DNA of 62,459 nt, filler included, from Acidimicrobiia bacterium (GCA_046759765.1; 30 parts of 30 records of this genome joined end to end with filler, not necessarily neighbours in it), one strand, 5' to 3'; counted from the first letter of the whole stretch, positions 48,609 through 59,705 are shown. Notes: generated by a model from the sequence alone, not told the origin. Made by a program: numbers and translations.

Positions 48609-50234
48609 AAACAGGAGATCGTCGCCGAGGTGGTGCCGGGTGAAACGGTCGGTGAGCTGGCCTTGTTGATCGACCAGCCTCGCGCGGCGACAGTGTTTGC
48701 GGCGCGCGATTCGACTCTCGGACGCCTTCCCCGCCGAGTCTTCGACCTGATTGGCAGCCGTTATCCGCAAACGATGCTGGAGGTGACCAGCTCGATCCTG
48801 CGCCGTTTGCGAACCTCGGACGTCCGCCGGAGAGGTGCCCTCAGACTCTCCGTTGCCGTCCTGCCCGCTACGAATGATTCCGGCGTTCGGCACTTCGCCG
48901 TCGATCTCGCCCGGGCCTTGGGCGATGTTGGAACCACCTACCAGCTCACTCGCGAGCGCATCGATGAAATATTGGGTAAACCGGGAATCGCATCGGCCTC
49001 CGCGGATGAACCAGCCGCCATCCGCCTCGGGGAGTGGCTCGGCGAGGTCGAAGATCGGTTTGAGGTAGTTGTCTACGAATGCGATCCGGAGTGGACGCCG
49101 TGGACGGAGCGCGCCATTGGTCATGCCGACTTGGTGCTGACGGTCATTGACGCACGGGCTGGCCCCTCGCTCCAGCCGGTCGAAGCGACGCTGGCGGAGA
49201 CGCTCGACGGGAAGCGTCACGCTCGCAGAGCACTCGTCATTCTGCATGAGGCGAGTGCCTCGCCTCATCGAACCGGCCGATGGCTGGATTTGAGAGACGT
49301 GGATGATCACTTCCACGTTGAGATGGGAGCCAGGGACGACCTGGCCCGGATTGCCAGAATACTTTCGGGCCGCGGCCTCGGCGTTGCCCTGGGAGGGGGC
49401 GGTGCCCGCGGACTTGCCCACATTGGAGTGCTGCGCTGCTTCGAGGAACTCCATCTCCCCATTGACCTCATAGGCGGCACAAGCATGGGCTCGGTCATGG
49501 GGTCCCTACGCGCTTTGGGCCTCGACCACACGCAGATGACCGAGGTGGTCAAAGAGAGCTTCGCAGACACCCTCGACTACACCATGCCCGTCGTCTCGCT
49601 CGTCAAGGGGCGCAGGGCGACCGACTCGATGCGGGCCGTGTTCGGATCCAGAGGGATCGAGGACCTGACGATTCCCTTCTTCTGTATCTCCACCAACATC
49701 ACACGATCTCGAACGGTCGTGCACCGGGTCGGCGACCTCACGACTGCCGTCAGGGCATCTGGCGCTCTGCCGGGGGTTTTCCCGCCCGTTCCATTCGACG
49801 GGAATCTCCTGGTGGACGGAGGCGTCCTCAACAATCTGCCGGCGGACGTTGTCCGCCGTTCGACCCCCGACGGCCGGGTGGTGGCGGTCAACGTCGCTCC
49901 GTCAGTGTGGTCGCGCGCTCGCAGCGACTTCGGGCTGTCGGTGTCCGGATTCCGCGCGCTGATGGATCGGCTGAATCCCCGGCGTCGCCCAGTGGCTCCG
50001 CCTATCACGAGCACGCTCCTGCGTTCCATGGTCGTTGGTTCGATGCGAGATCGTGATCTGCTGATCGACGGTGGAGTCGCCGACCTGTACCTCGACCTCG
50101 ACTTGCGGGGAGTGGGGATGCTCGACTTCGATGCCGTCGACCGAGTCGCCGCCACGGCCTATGAGGCGGCGATGCCTCAGTTCGAGGCTTGGCTCGAGCG
50201 TGACCCCGAAGTGGCCAATTTGGCGGGAGGCTAG
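48609..50234 (+). CDS. cNMP-binding patatin phospholipase (NTE-like), 5' truncated
   Basis: GE..PRAA cNMP domain; GGGGARG, GTSMG, DGG. Confidence 0.93.
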   Translation, partial: KQEIVAEVVPGETVGELALLIDQPRAATVFAARDSTLGRLPRRVFDLIGSRYPQTMLEVTSSILRRLRTSDVRRRGALRLSVAVLPATNDSGVRHFAVDLARALGDVGTTYQLTRERIDEILGKPGIASASADEPAAIRLGEWLGEVEDRFEVVVYECDPEWTPWTERAIGHADLVLTVIDARAGPSLQPVEATLAETLDGKRHARRALVILHEASASPHRTGRWLDLRDVDDHFHVEMGARDDLARIARILSGRGLGVALGGGGARGLAHIGVLRCFEELHLPIDLIGGTSMGSVMGSLRALGLDHTQMTEVVKESFADTLDYTMPVVSLVKGRRATDSMRAVFGSRGIEDLTIPFFCISTNITRSRTVVHRVGDLTTAVRASGALPGVFPPVPFDGNLLVDGGVLNNLPADVVRRSTPDGRVVAVNVAPSVWSRARSDFGLSVSGFRALMDRLNPRRRPVAPPITSTLLRSMVVGSMRDRDLLIDGGVADLYLDLDLRGVGMLDFDAVDRVAATAYEAAMPQFEAWLERDPEVANLAGG

Positions 50235-50499
50235 GCGCCGATCACAGATATTGACCGGTCGAGACAAGCCCCGGATCGATTGCGTCGGAGATCGCTTCCG
50301 CCTGGGCCTCTGCCTCGAGTTCCTGGGCCCGCACCGNNNNNNNNNNNNNNNNNNNNNNNNNNNNNNNNNNNNNNNNNNNNTTAATTAATTAANNNNNNNN
50401 NNNNNNNNNNNNNNNNNNNNNNNNNNNNNNNNNNNNGCCTCGAAGGGGATCAGGAACGGGTTAACAGTCTCGTGGTTGAATCCCGTTGGGGAACCGCAG

Positions 50500-50796
50500 T
50501 CACGCGTCGCCGAAGATTCGATCCCCCTGCTCGTCGATGACGCGCTTCGCCTTCTCGATCGTCATCGCGACGATCGCCTCGCGGTTGGGCGACGCGTCGG
50601 CGCGGTCGAGCTGATGGACCCTCCGGCGGCCGCTGATCTCCTTTGAGATCGTGCCGGCGACGCGCCAGCCCGCCGAGCCTTTCTCGGGCGCAGGGGTAAT
50701 CGTGTAGCCCTTGTACTCGACGCTCGCCTCAGCCCGCCGCGTCTCGCTGGCCCGGCTCCCTGGTGAGAAGAGGTCGTGCAGGAACTTCCCGAGCAT
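50500..50796 (-). CDS. HlyU-family small protein
   Basis: EYKGYTITPAP..WRVAGTISK..RAD..IDEQG. Confidence 0.8.
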   Translation of the reverse strand: MLGKFLHDLFSPGSRASETRRAEASVEYKGYTITPAPEKGSAGWRVAGTISKEISGRRRVHQLDRADASPNREAIVAMTIEKAKRVIDEQGDRIFGDA

Positions 50797-50959
50797 CGGC
50801 GCACCCCCCGAATGGCTAGGCTAAGAGTTCGATAATCCGCAAGTTGGGGGGTCCTCGTCAAGCCGGCCCGAAACCGACTCGCGGACCGCTCCCGGCTCCG
50901 CTGATCACGCGCTGTTTCGCCTTGTCGACGTCAGACCGGCGCTCTATATTGAGCTGACA

Positions 50960-51891
50960 ATGGATAAGGTTCACATTCCGAACCGCGCCACGTATTTTCC
51001 GATCGCCCTCAGCGACATCGTGATTGCCGCCCCGTTGACGTGTCGCCTCCTAGTCGGTGCTACCCTGCCGGGACGGATCCTCGCCGCCGGTGCGGCGGGC
51101 GTCTATCTGGGGAGCGCACTCGAGGACTGGCTGAGTCGCCGACACGTGAAGCGGGTCAACTTTCGCGAAGTCTTCGGCACGGATCTCCGCCACCTGACGC
51201 CGATGCCCGTGGATGCCCGCGCGCGGGAGGCTGACGAGCTGACCCAGAGGCTGAACGACCACTACGAGGCTCTGCGCATGTCCCGGCGAGAGCTCGCGAC
51301 GCAAGTCAACCAGCGGCTCACGGACTACGTCGCGGGGATCACCGGGCAGCGGGTGGAGACAAGTGCGCAAGTGCGGGACTTCATGCTCGTACAGCTCGTC
51401 TTCCCCTTCGCAGTCGGCGGCTGCGATGTTCTTTCGGGAGACATCGCCATCTTCCGGACACCGGCGTGTTCCAGCCGCACGTTCTCGCGCACGAATTTAG
51501 TCATCGAAAGGGTTACCTCAAGGAGCTGGAGGCCCAGGCGCTGGCCTACCTGGCGCTCACCGCGTCGGGAGAGAACGTGCTCGTGCAGTCCGCGTTCTGC
51601 GAGCGACTCTACCGGCAGATGGCGGTGCTGGCCAGGGGTGACGTCGAGCGGTATCACGCGGCGATCGACGCCTCCAAGCTCCGGCCGGAGCTCAAAGCGG
51701 TGTTTCGTGCGCGCTACCCGAAGCCCTCTGCCTATGAACGAGTCGTCGGCTCCGTGATTCGCGCGCTGTACCACGCGCGGATGCGCCTGACGGGCCAGAA
51801 CGGGCTTTCGGACTATGATGAAGGGTTGACGAACTTCTTATACACCGCGGAGGCCGCCACCGGCATGGGTACGACCGGCTCAGCCCGATAG
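50960..51891 (+). pseudogene. DUF3810-like zinc metalloprotease, frameshifted near 51457
   Basis: IFR then DTGVFQPHVLAHEFSHRKGY..E.EA in the next frame; adding one G restores a single ORF. Confidence 0.7.
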
Positions 51892-52065
51892 CGTGTCGCC
51901 CGCGCGTCCGTGTCCAGCCGGGGAGACATACCGTTGAGGTCGTCGCACCGGGCTTTCGGCCCTACCGCACCGAATTCACTGTCGACCCGACCTTCTCCAC
52001 CCGTCTTCGTATCGCTCTGCAGCCTGAGTGAGAGTGCCAGTACCGCAGGGCTATCAAGGCAGTGC

Positions 52066-52114
52066 TGTCGCTGTCCAGTGAAAATGTCATGTTAACTGTT
52101 CCATGAAAATGTCA
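52066..52114 (+). mobile_element. Probable IS terminus with repeated transposase-binding motifs
   Basis: TGT start; CTGT..TGAAAATGTCA twice, at the contig end. Confidence 0.45.
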
Positions 52115-52214
52115 NNNNNNNNNNNNNNNNNNNNNNNNNNNNNNNNNNNNNNNNNNNNTTAATTAATTAANNNNNNNNNNNNNNNNNNNNNNNNNNNNNN
52201 NNNNNNNNNNNNNN

Positions 52215-52756
52215 AGGTTGGATACCTGGTCGACGCCGGGGTTCGAATCGTCCAGATCGATGAGCCGGCGGTACGAGAGCGGTGGCCGTTGCCTACGGCC
52301 GATGCTGACGAGCTCCGGGGCATCTACGCACGAGGTGTGCGCGCCGCCCTCAACAAGGTCTTCTCGGCGCCCACGGACGTCCAGATGCACACGCACATGT
52401 GCTACGGGGACTTCGGAGACATCGTTCCCCTATGGGACGAAGCCGATGTTGACGTGGCGTCGATCGAGTACTCGCGGTCTAAGGACGACTCGTACATCCA
52501 CCAGTTCTACGACCTCTATGAGGACGGGCACCTACAGATCGGACCAGGCATGTTCGATGTTCACAGCCCGCACTCGCCGGGTGCCGGCGTCATGAATGAC
52601 CGTCTCGAGTATTTCCTGCGTTTCATGGACACCGATGACATATGGGTGAATCCCGACTGCGGGCTGAAGACCCGCACCTGGGACGACATCGAGGCCCAGC
52701 TCGCGGACATGGTCAAGGCAGCCAAGACCGTCCGAGCCGAGTTCGAGCCGGCCTGA
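52215..52756 (+). CDS. metE: Cobalamin-independent methionine synthase (5' truncated)
   Basis: VQIDEPA, HTHMCY, DVHSP, WVNPDCGLKTR. Confidence 0.95.
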
Positions 52757-53550
52757 TGCTCACACAGCAAGACGGATGGATCAGCATCGCGGAGGTCAAT
52801 CCACCGGATCTACCGGACCTGACCCACCGACAGCTCGACGGGCAATGGAAGCATGTGCTGATCACGGACAACGTGTTCGGAAAGATCCGAGTGTCCCCCT
52901 ACGCATACGCAGCTCGCATCACCCACGACGTCCCCCGGGTACATCCGACAGTGGTCGTGTCGACCCGGGACAGGAACATCCTGGCCATCGAGAGCGAGGT
53001 CCGGGGCGCGCTCGGCAACGGCGTCGATTCGTTCCTGGTCGTAATCGGCGACACGATGCCTGCCGTCGAGCACCACGCCGATCATCTCGACATCGTGGAG
53101 CATCTCCGGAAGCTGCAGGCGGTTACCCCACCTTTTGAAGTGGGGATGCCGACCCGGTTCAGCCGTGAGATGTTTCGGCGTCGCGTCGACCTGGGATCCC
53201 AGTTCTTCATCGTGGGACCCGTCATCGACCCGTCTCGGGTGGCGGAGAACGTGGAGCGGCTCGGCCTTAGGGCCGGTGATCCTCCTGTGTTCCTGGGAGT
53301 GATGCCGCCTTTCAGCTCGGAATGGATTCAACGGGCCGAGGGTTTTGGGGCCGTTCCGTCCACCGAGGAGCTCAAGGCCCGAGTAGAGAAGGCGCCTGCC
53401 GCCGAGCGCAGGGCCCTCGCGTGGGAGCTCGCCCGTGAGACGGCTACGGAGGCACGGGAGGCGGGCTGCTCCGGCGTCGTCGTCATGGGGCTTCGGTTCT
53501 CGACGGTGGTCGATGAAGGCAACCGGGAGTGGAACGGCTCCACGGCCTGA
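52756..53550 (+). CDS. Methylenetetrahydrofolate reductase-like protein
   Basis: EVNPP, ITDN, STRDRN, VIGD, GSQFF; translationally coupled to metE. Confidence 0.75.
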   Translation: MLTQQDGWISIAEVNPPDLPDLTHRQLDGQWKHVLITDNVFGKIRVSPYAYAARITHDVPRVHPTVVVSTRDRNILAIESEVRGALGNGVDSFLVVIGDTMPAVEHHADHLDIVEHLRKLQAVTPPFEVGMPTRFSREMFRRRVDLGSQFFIVGPVIDPSRVAENVERLGLRAGDPPVFLGVMPPFSSEWIQRAEGFGAVPSTEELKARVEKAPAAERRALAWELARETATEAREAGCSGVVVMGLRFSTVVDEGNREWNGSTA

Positions 53551-53635
53551 TCTAGCCGGCAGTCCTGCTCTTTGTCGTGAACCCGACGAAGTGCGAAGTC
53601 ACTCTCCTGCTCGGACGTTTCCGAGGGAAACAAGG

Positions 53636-53878
53636 ATGGTGACGATGATCGCACTGGACGGCTTCACAGATACAGGTCCTCCTGGCACTGTTGGTTCTCG
53701 TGTCCGCTTGCCCGTCATCAAAGAGCCCGGGAAGCTCCTACGTGTTGCCGCGGTCGCCCGTGCAATGCTGGATGAAGCTCGCAGTACTCCCTGTGATGCC
53801 GCAGGATGCGAGCGGCTCAAGGCCATTTACCTCAGGACGATCGAGGAGTTGGAGGGTTTGCTGCCCAAGGAATTGAGG
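53636..53878 (+). CDS. Bacterial proteasome activator Bpa-like (3' truncated)
   Basis: EPGKLLRV..MLDEAR..RLKAIY..IEEL...L.KEL. Confidence 0.7.
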
Positions 53879-54196
53879 NNNNNNNNNNNNNNNNNNNNNN
53901 NNNNNNNNNNNNNNNNNNNNNNTTAATTAATTAANNNNNNNNNNNNNNNNNNNNNNNNNNNNNNNNNNNNNNNNNNNNACCGCTTCGGAATAGAGAGGTT
54001 CCAGGACGCGATCTGATAAGCAATCAGCAGGTCGGTGGCCCGAGTGGAGTTGTTCGCGGCATCATCCTTGGTTCCAGTTTGGTTCCAACTCACCGAAAGG
54101 CACCGAGATGTACCAGCGTGTATGCTCATTGCGGTTCCTCGAAGTTATGTGGGGATAGATCGTCTTCAGGCGGCGTGGACGGGTCTTGGGAAGGAT

Positions 54197-54240
54197 TCGT
54201 AATCAGCAGGTCGTGGGTTCGAGTCCCACCGCCGGCTCCA
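54197..54240 (+). other. 3' half of tRNA-Thr(CGT): att core
   Basis: TCGTAATCAGCAGGTCGTGGGTTCGAGTCCCACCGCCGGCTCCA; no D-arm or 5' acceptor strand upstream. Confidence 0.85.
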
Positions 54241-54313
54241 GAAGTTTCGAGCATTTCCAAACCACTCGTTCTCGGCTCACCGCTCAAATTGTCCGAATTC
54301 TGTCCGAGTTTTC

Positions 54314-54860
54314 TCACTGCCCTGCTGCCTCTGCCGCCCTCGGAAGGGGAACCACCGCAGGAGTCGTGGGCTGGTCGGACACGTACTCGGCCACCCGGGT
54401 GGCGGCCTGTTTCAGGTCGGCCTCGCTCACGATGTTGTAGCGGTCGAAGACGGATCGGCTCTTGTGGCCGGTAGCGCTCATCGCCACACGTTCGGGCACC
54501 CCGGCTCGCACAAGATTGCGGACCACGGTTCGTCTGAGGTCGTGGAACAGCTTGCCGAGGAGTCCAGCTGCCTGGCAGGCGCGCTTCCACGTCTTGCGCC
54601 AGTCCCCAATGCGGTGGCCATTCACGTGAAAAACGAAAAGACACCCGAGCATCCGGGCCTGCCATCGCCGCTCGATGAGATCCTTGAGGGGCCGTGAGAG
54701 CACGAGTACCCGGCCGTCCTTGTTCTTCGACAGCTCCGGCCGCAGCCGGATCACACCGACCACCCGGTCCACATCGCGCCACTGTAACCCGATGATTTCG
54801 CCGCGCCGCCAGCCCGAGAGGTAGGCGAAGTCGAGCACTTCTTGGTAGTCGAGGGGACAA
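54314..54860 (-). pseudogene. Tyrosine integrase, catalytic domain only
   Basis: GWRRGE, KN, FHDLRR, TGHK..FDRY; N-terminal domains absent. Confidence 0.85.
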
Positions 54861-54933
54861 CCAGCTGTTGGACGTGAGTCACCACCACCCCGTTTTTGAG
54901 TGGCTTGGCTCCCTCCGTTCCTGCCGTCAACCC

Positions 54934-55317
54934 TCATTTCGGTCGACATTTGCGGAGGACAAGGTATCCGTGCCCATGACTTTTCTTTGAAGGGGGACGT
55001 TTCTCCGCTACGGCTCGGTAGACCTGGCTGTCATTCCACATTATCGGCGAGCGAGGCTTGATCCGCTTGGGGCCGCCAAGCCTTCCCTGCAGAGCGTCCA
55101 TCACATCCTTGAGGCGGTTATCCACGTCGTGTAACCGGAGGGCTGTCCCTTTCAGGTAAAGGCGGACCTGCAATTCTAGCTTGTCTTTCTCCCGGTAGAC
55201 CACGCCCCGCTGCTCCTGTTTCCGCAGAACTCGTTCCTGTATCTGCCGCTGCCATTCACGGGGCGGTGTGACATACTCCGGCAGCGGCACCTTGAGCGTC
55301 TTTCTCGGTTTCGCCAT
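54934..55317 (-). CDS. RusA-like Holliday-junction resolvase
   Basis: DVDNRLK..DAL..NDSQV. Confidence 0.8.
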   Translation of the reverse strand: MAKPRKTLKVPLPEYVTPPREWQRQIQERVLRKQEQRGVVYREKDKLELQVRLYLKGTALRLHDVDNRLKDVMDALQGRLGGPKRIKPRSPIMWNDSQVYRAVAEKRPPSKKSHGHGYLVLRKCRPK

Positions 55318-55734
55318 GAGGGCTACCTCTCGCAGCTACGAGCTGTCTAAGCTGAGCGCCTCCACCACTCCCGACCGTACATGATGCTGACGGTCTCATT
55401 AAGCGCGTGGGCACGTGCCAACTGGTTAGACCACCCCGCCCGCCTGATCCGGCTCTCCTCCGCCAGCAAGGTGGGGATCTAGTCGCTCAATCATGCAGGT
55501 GTCGCCGTGCACCGCGACCACATAGGTTCCCTCGGGCCGCGTGTGTACCCTCTGCCAGAGACGTCGGAAGGTCGAGGGAATCTCCACTCGTCCAGTTGGG
55601 GCAGACGACGGCCTGACCGGCGGACAACCGCCTCNNNNNNNNNNNNNNNNNNNNNNNNNNNNNNNNNNNNNNNNNNNNTTAATTAATTAANNNNNNNNNN
55701 NNNNNNNNNNNNNNNNNNNNNNNNNNNNNNNNNN

Positions 55735-56755
55735 TGATGCCGACCGAATCGAGCCGACCGGAGAGCCCAGTCCTGTCATCGAAGGTGTTGTAGTCGCCGA
55801 TACTTTGGCGAACTTCGCGGTGGCCAGCGATGGAACGCTCGTCTACGTCGCGGGTGGTGCTCAGACCTACAGGAGGTTGGTGTGGGTGGATCGCCAAGGA
55901 AAGAGCCAGCCAGTGACAGATATACTCCGTGACTATCGTACGGCCCGCTTGTCGCCCGATGGTCAGCATCTGGCGGTCGAGATACGAGACGAGCAGGGGG
56001 CAACTCCTTCCATCTGGATGTATGAATTTGCTCGGGGAATCTTAAGCCCTGTTACTTTTTCAGGCTCTGATCGCTGGCCCGTCTGGACCACCGACGGTGA
56101 GCACCTTGCATTCCATTCTCACCAAACTGGAGGGCAAAGCCTCTTTTGGATGCCGACGGATGGCGGTGGGGAGGCCGAAGAACTCCTAACCGGCGAAATC
56201 ACCAACTCTCCGACCTCTTGGTCTCCTGAGGGGCAGCTGGCTTACACACAGGGTGGCGACATTTGGTTGCTGCCGCTCGAAGGAGAACGGAAACCCCAGC
56301 CCTTCCTGGCCACCCAGTTCGAGGAAAAGAATGCCATGTTCTCCCCTGACGGACGCTGGGTAGCCTTCACTTCCGACCGCTCGGGCCGGGAGGAGGTTTA
56401 TGTGAAAGCCTATCCTGGCGAAGGTGGAGTTGTACCGATCTCAACGGATGGTGGGAGTGAGCCAGTGTGGGCGCACAGCGGGAAGGAGCTTTTCTATCGA
56501 AATGGAGACAAAATGATGGTGGTCTCGACTCAGACGGCACCGACATTCCAGGCAGGGAGACCGAGACTTTTGTTCGAGGGGGCCTACATGAGATCTGAGG
56601 GGATTAGACCAGCGAACTACGACGTCACTGCCGACGGCCAGCGCTTCCTGATGATCGAGGAAGGCGGCAGACCGGATGAGACCTCCGTGCCGACACACAT
56701 CGTCGTCGTCCTCAACTGGCATGAAGAGCTGAAGCGGCTCGTTCCGGTGGAGTGA
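55735..56755 (+). CDS. TolB/PD40 beta-propeller protein (C-terminus of a probable Ser/Thr kinase), 5' truncated
   Basis: LVWVDRQG, SPDG repeats, FTSDRSGREEVY, YDVTADGQRF..VVLNW.EEL. Confidence 0.85.
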
Positions 56756-57031
56756 GTGCGGCGGAGGGGTTAGCGAAGATTAGTCGGTGGAAGCCGGGTT
56801 GGACACAGCTCGCGAAAGGTCATGAAAATCAGGTCCGGTTTTGGCAGAGTGTTGCGGTGCGGGAGCGGCGAGATCGACGAACCATTGGGGCCATCGAGAC
56901 CGCTCAACTGGCTGATCCGGCGTGTGCGTGGTAGAGCGAATAAATGGGCGTGGCCGCATGTGCGGTGAGAGCCCGAGAGCCTGAATAACGAAGTGCTTGG
57001 CACGCGCTCCGCTCCGGCGCGAGGAGGAGCG

Positions 57032-57369
57032 ATGCCATACCGGATTGCAGGGATAGACGTACACAAGAGGATGTTGGCGGTGGTGATCGCCGACGTGGCA
57101 GTCGAGGGTGAGTATAGGTTTGTGCATCGGCGGGTGGGGACGAGTCCGAGTGAGCTGCGGGGGCTGGCGGATTGGCTGGTGGCGGAGGAGGTCGAGGAAG
57201 TGGTGATGGAATCGACCGCGCAGTATTGGCGCCCGGTGTGGGAGGCGCTGGAGGGGTCCTGGCAGCGGGAGCGTCGGACTCAGGGGGGCGCCGGAGCGAA
57301 TTCGGGCAGGCTTCATCTGGCGCAGGCCCAGTCGAATCGCGGCCCGCGAGGACGGAAGCGGGATTTCCC
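57032..57369 (+). CDS. IS110-family transposase (3' truncated)
   Basis: AGIDVHK..VVMESTAQYWRPVW..GRKRD; AGGAGG RBS. Confidence 0.92.
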
Positions 57370-57469
57370 NNNNNNNNNNNNNNNNNNNNNNNNNNNNNNN
57401 NNNNNNNNNNNNNTTAATTAATTAANNNNNNNNNNNNNNNNNNNNNNNNNNNNNNNNNNNNNNNNNNNN

Positions 57470-58046
57470 AGCTACCGCCCGACCACACCGCGCTGTTCAG
57501 CGCCGCGAACTTGTTGTCGTTGGGCGGGACGATGGTGCCGAAGTACTGGCGGACGATGTCGGGGTAGTCGCGGACGGCGGTGTCGGTGTCGACGAAGATG
57601 ACACCCAGCTTCTCCAGGTCCTCGCGGATGTTGTGGTAGACGACCTCTGAGTCGTACTGCGCCTCCACACCGGAGAGGAACTTACGCTCCGCCTCCGGGA
57701 TGCCGAGCTTATCGAAGGTGCGCTTGATCTCCGACGGCACCTCGTCCCAGGTCCGGCCCTGCTCCTGCACCGGCTTGACGTAGTAGTAGATGTCGTTGAA
57801 GTCGAGCTGGTAGTTCTGGATGTTACCGCCCCAGAACCCGGTCGGCATGGGCCGCTCCTGCCAGTGGCCGTAGGCCTTGAGCCGGAAGTCGCGCATCCAC
57901 TGCGGTTCGCCCTTCTGCTCGGAGATGCCGGCCACGACACCGGCGCTGAGTCCCTTCTTGGGCGCGTTCACCGCCTTGAACTCCGGATCGTGCCAGCCGT
58001 ACTTGTAGCCGCCCTCTCCGATGATCTCCTGTGCCTTGGTGGCCAT
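57470..58046 (-). CDS. sufB: Fe-S assembly protein SufB (3' truncated)
   Basis: YKYGW, LGIPEAE, AQYDSEVVY, DNKFAALNSAVWSGGS. Confidence 0.96.
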
Positions 58047-58123
58047 TACACCTCCAACTTCCTAGCGTATACCGCCCCACACGAACGCACGGTTACGGAC
58101 CTGTGTGTTCAGGCGGGTGTCCT

Positions 58124-58486
58124 CTAGTGACAAGCATGCGCCTGCGCGCTGCCCTGGCTGGCCGCCGTGTCGAAGCTCGAGCCGCAAGCGCAGCTCTTAA
58201 CCGCATTAGGGTTGAAGATAGTGAACCCGCTCTTCATGACGTCCTCGACATAGTCGATCTCAGCGCCCTCAAGCAGTGGTGCGCTCTCAGGGTCCACGAG
58301 CACTCGTATGCCGTCCTGCTCTATGACGAAGTCATCCTCGTCGGCCTCGTGAGCCATAGCCATGCCATACTGGTAGCCGGAGCAACCGCCGCCGGCGACA
58401 AAAACGCGGAGCGCGCCGCCCTCCGCGCCCTTCTCCCGCAGGAGATTCTTCACCCTGTCGGCCGCCTTGTTGGTAATCACGATCAT
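58124..58486 (-). CDS. A-type Fe-S carrier (IscA/ErpA/HesB)
   Basis: GGGCSGYQY, NPNA..SCACGSSF. Confidence 0.95.
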   Translation of the reverse strand: MIVITNKAADRVKNLLREKGAEGGALRVFVAGGGCSGYQYGMAMAHEADEDDFVIEQDGIRVLVDPESAPLLEGAEIDYVEDVMKSGFTIFNPNAVKSCACGSSFDTAASQGSAQAHACH

Positions 58487-58603
58487 CGTCTGTCATCCTC
58501 CCTACTGGACTATGGAAAGTTCATGCAGTTGTTACTTAGTATATAATACTGGGTGAGAGTCCTGCCAAGTGAGGAGGAACTATCCCAGGGCTGAAGCTAT
58601 GCC

Positions 58604-58837
58604 ATGCCAAACGCGACGAAGCGAGACTACGAGGTGGCTTTTGCGGGGTTAGATTTCCCCACGTCCAAAGCAGCCGTCATCAACCGGGCTCGGGACAACG
58701 GAGGAATTGATCGTGAAGTTTGCGCGATTCTTTCCCAGCTCCCTGATCGGTCGTTGGGGTCGGTCGAGGAACTGCAGCGGGCGGTTCGAGCCATCTATGT
58801 CGACGAGGGCGCACCACCAGATTCCCTGCCAGTCTGA
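58604..58837 (+). CDS. DUF2795-like protein
   Basis: GLDFPTSK..A..NG..L..LPDR. Confidence 0.75.
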   Translation: MPNATKRDYEVAFAGLDFPTSKAAVINRARDNGGIDREVCAILSQLPDRSLGSVEELQRAVRAIYVDEGAPPDSLPV

Positions 58838-58890
58838 GCTCGCCCAGAATAGTTCGGGGCAACTAAGGACTATCAGGATCGGAGGAAGCA

Positions 58891-59074
58891 ATGGTGGAGG
58901 AGCTTATTCCCGAACGCCGTAATCCAGCCGAGGGCCTCGAACCGCTCGTCGCAGCGGAGATAGCCAACTACGAGCGGGAGGCCAAGGCCTTCGAGCAAGG
59001 CGGCGGCCTTGGCGACGACTTCCGTCCCTTCCGCCTCCAGCACGGCATCTACGGCCAGCGCCAGGACGACGCCC
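58891..59074 (+). CDS. Nitrite/sulfite reductase N-terminus
   Basis: FRPFRLQHGIYGQRQ. Confidence 0.8.
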
Positions 59075-59226
59075 NNNNNNNNNNNNNNNNNNNNNNNNNN
59101 NNNNNNNNNNNNNNNNNNTTAATTAATTAANNNNNNNNNNNNNNNNNNNNNNNNNNNNNNNNNNNNNNNNNNNNGTTAGATTTTTCTCTGTACGAGTTTG
59201 TGCGTCAACCATAGTGAAAACACGTA

Positions 59227-59703
59227 ATGCGCGGTCCAGCCCCTAAAAATCCGGCTATCCGCCGGCGCAAGAATCGCGTGTCGACCGCTGCGACGCTGCC
59301 CCATCCCGGCAAGAGTAAACGGCGCAAAGTGCCGCCATTGCCGCCGCTCGATGATCCCACCGAGCAGTGGCACCCTGAGGTCATCAGTTGGTGGACTGAG
59401 GTCTGGCGGTCGCCGATGGCGGCTGAATTCCTGGACTCAGACGTCCGAGGCGAGCTCTATGCCCTCGCACGCCTCTATCAGCGGTTCTGGAAGCCGGGAC
59501 TCGACGTGCGAGAACTGTGCAGCCTCTTTCATGCGATCCAGAAGGGCGGCCAGAGCTTCGGCTTGACGCCGATCGATCGCCGTCGCCTCCAGTGGGAAAT
59601 TGAGAAGGGCGAAGAAGCGGCCGATCGCACGAAGAAACGGCGCCAGGCGAAGAAAGCGGCAAAGCGCCAGAAGGATCCACGAAAGGGTCTCAAACTCGCC
59701 TGA
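59227..59703 (+). CDS. Phage terminase small subunit
   Basis: GPAPK..WW..VW.SP..FGLTP.DRRRLQW; upstream of the large subunit. Confidence 0.85.
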   Translation: MRGPAPKNPAIRRRKNRVSTAATLPHPGKSKRRKVPPLPPLDDPTEQWHPEVISWWTEVWRSPMAAEFLDSDVRGELYALARLYQRFWKPGLDVRELCSLFHAIQKGGQSFGLTPIDRRRLQWEIEKGEEAADRTKKRRQAKKAAKRQKDPRKGLKLA

Positions 59704-59705
59704 CG

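Noticed and set aside
54160..54240. Complete tRNA-Thr gene
   Set aside because: The 5' acceptor strand and D-arm are absent; only the 3' half is present.
54314..54949. This tyrosine integrase as the enzyme for the dif-like sites
   Set aside because: It is on a different contig, is truncated, is tied to a tRNA att site, and has no repeat copy nearby.
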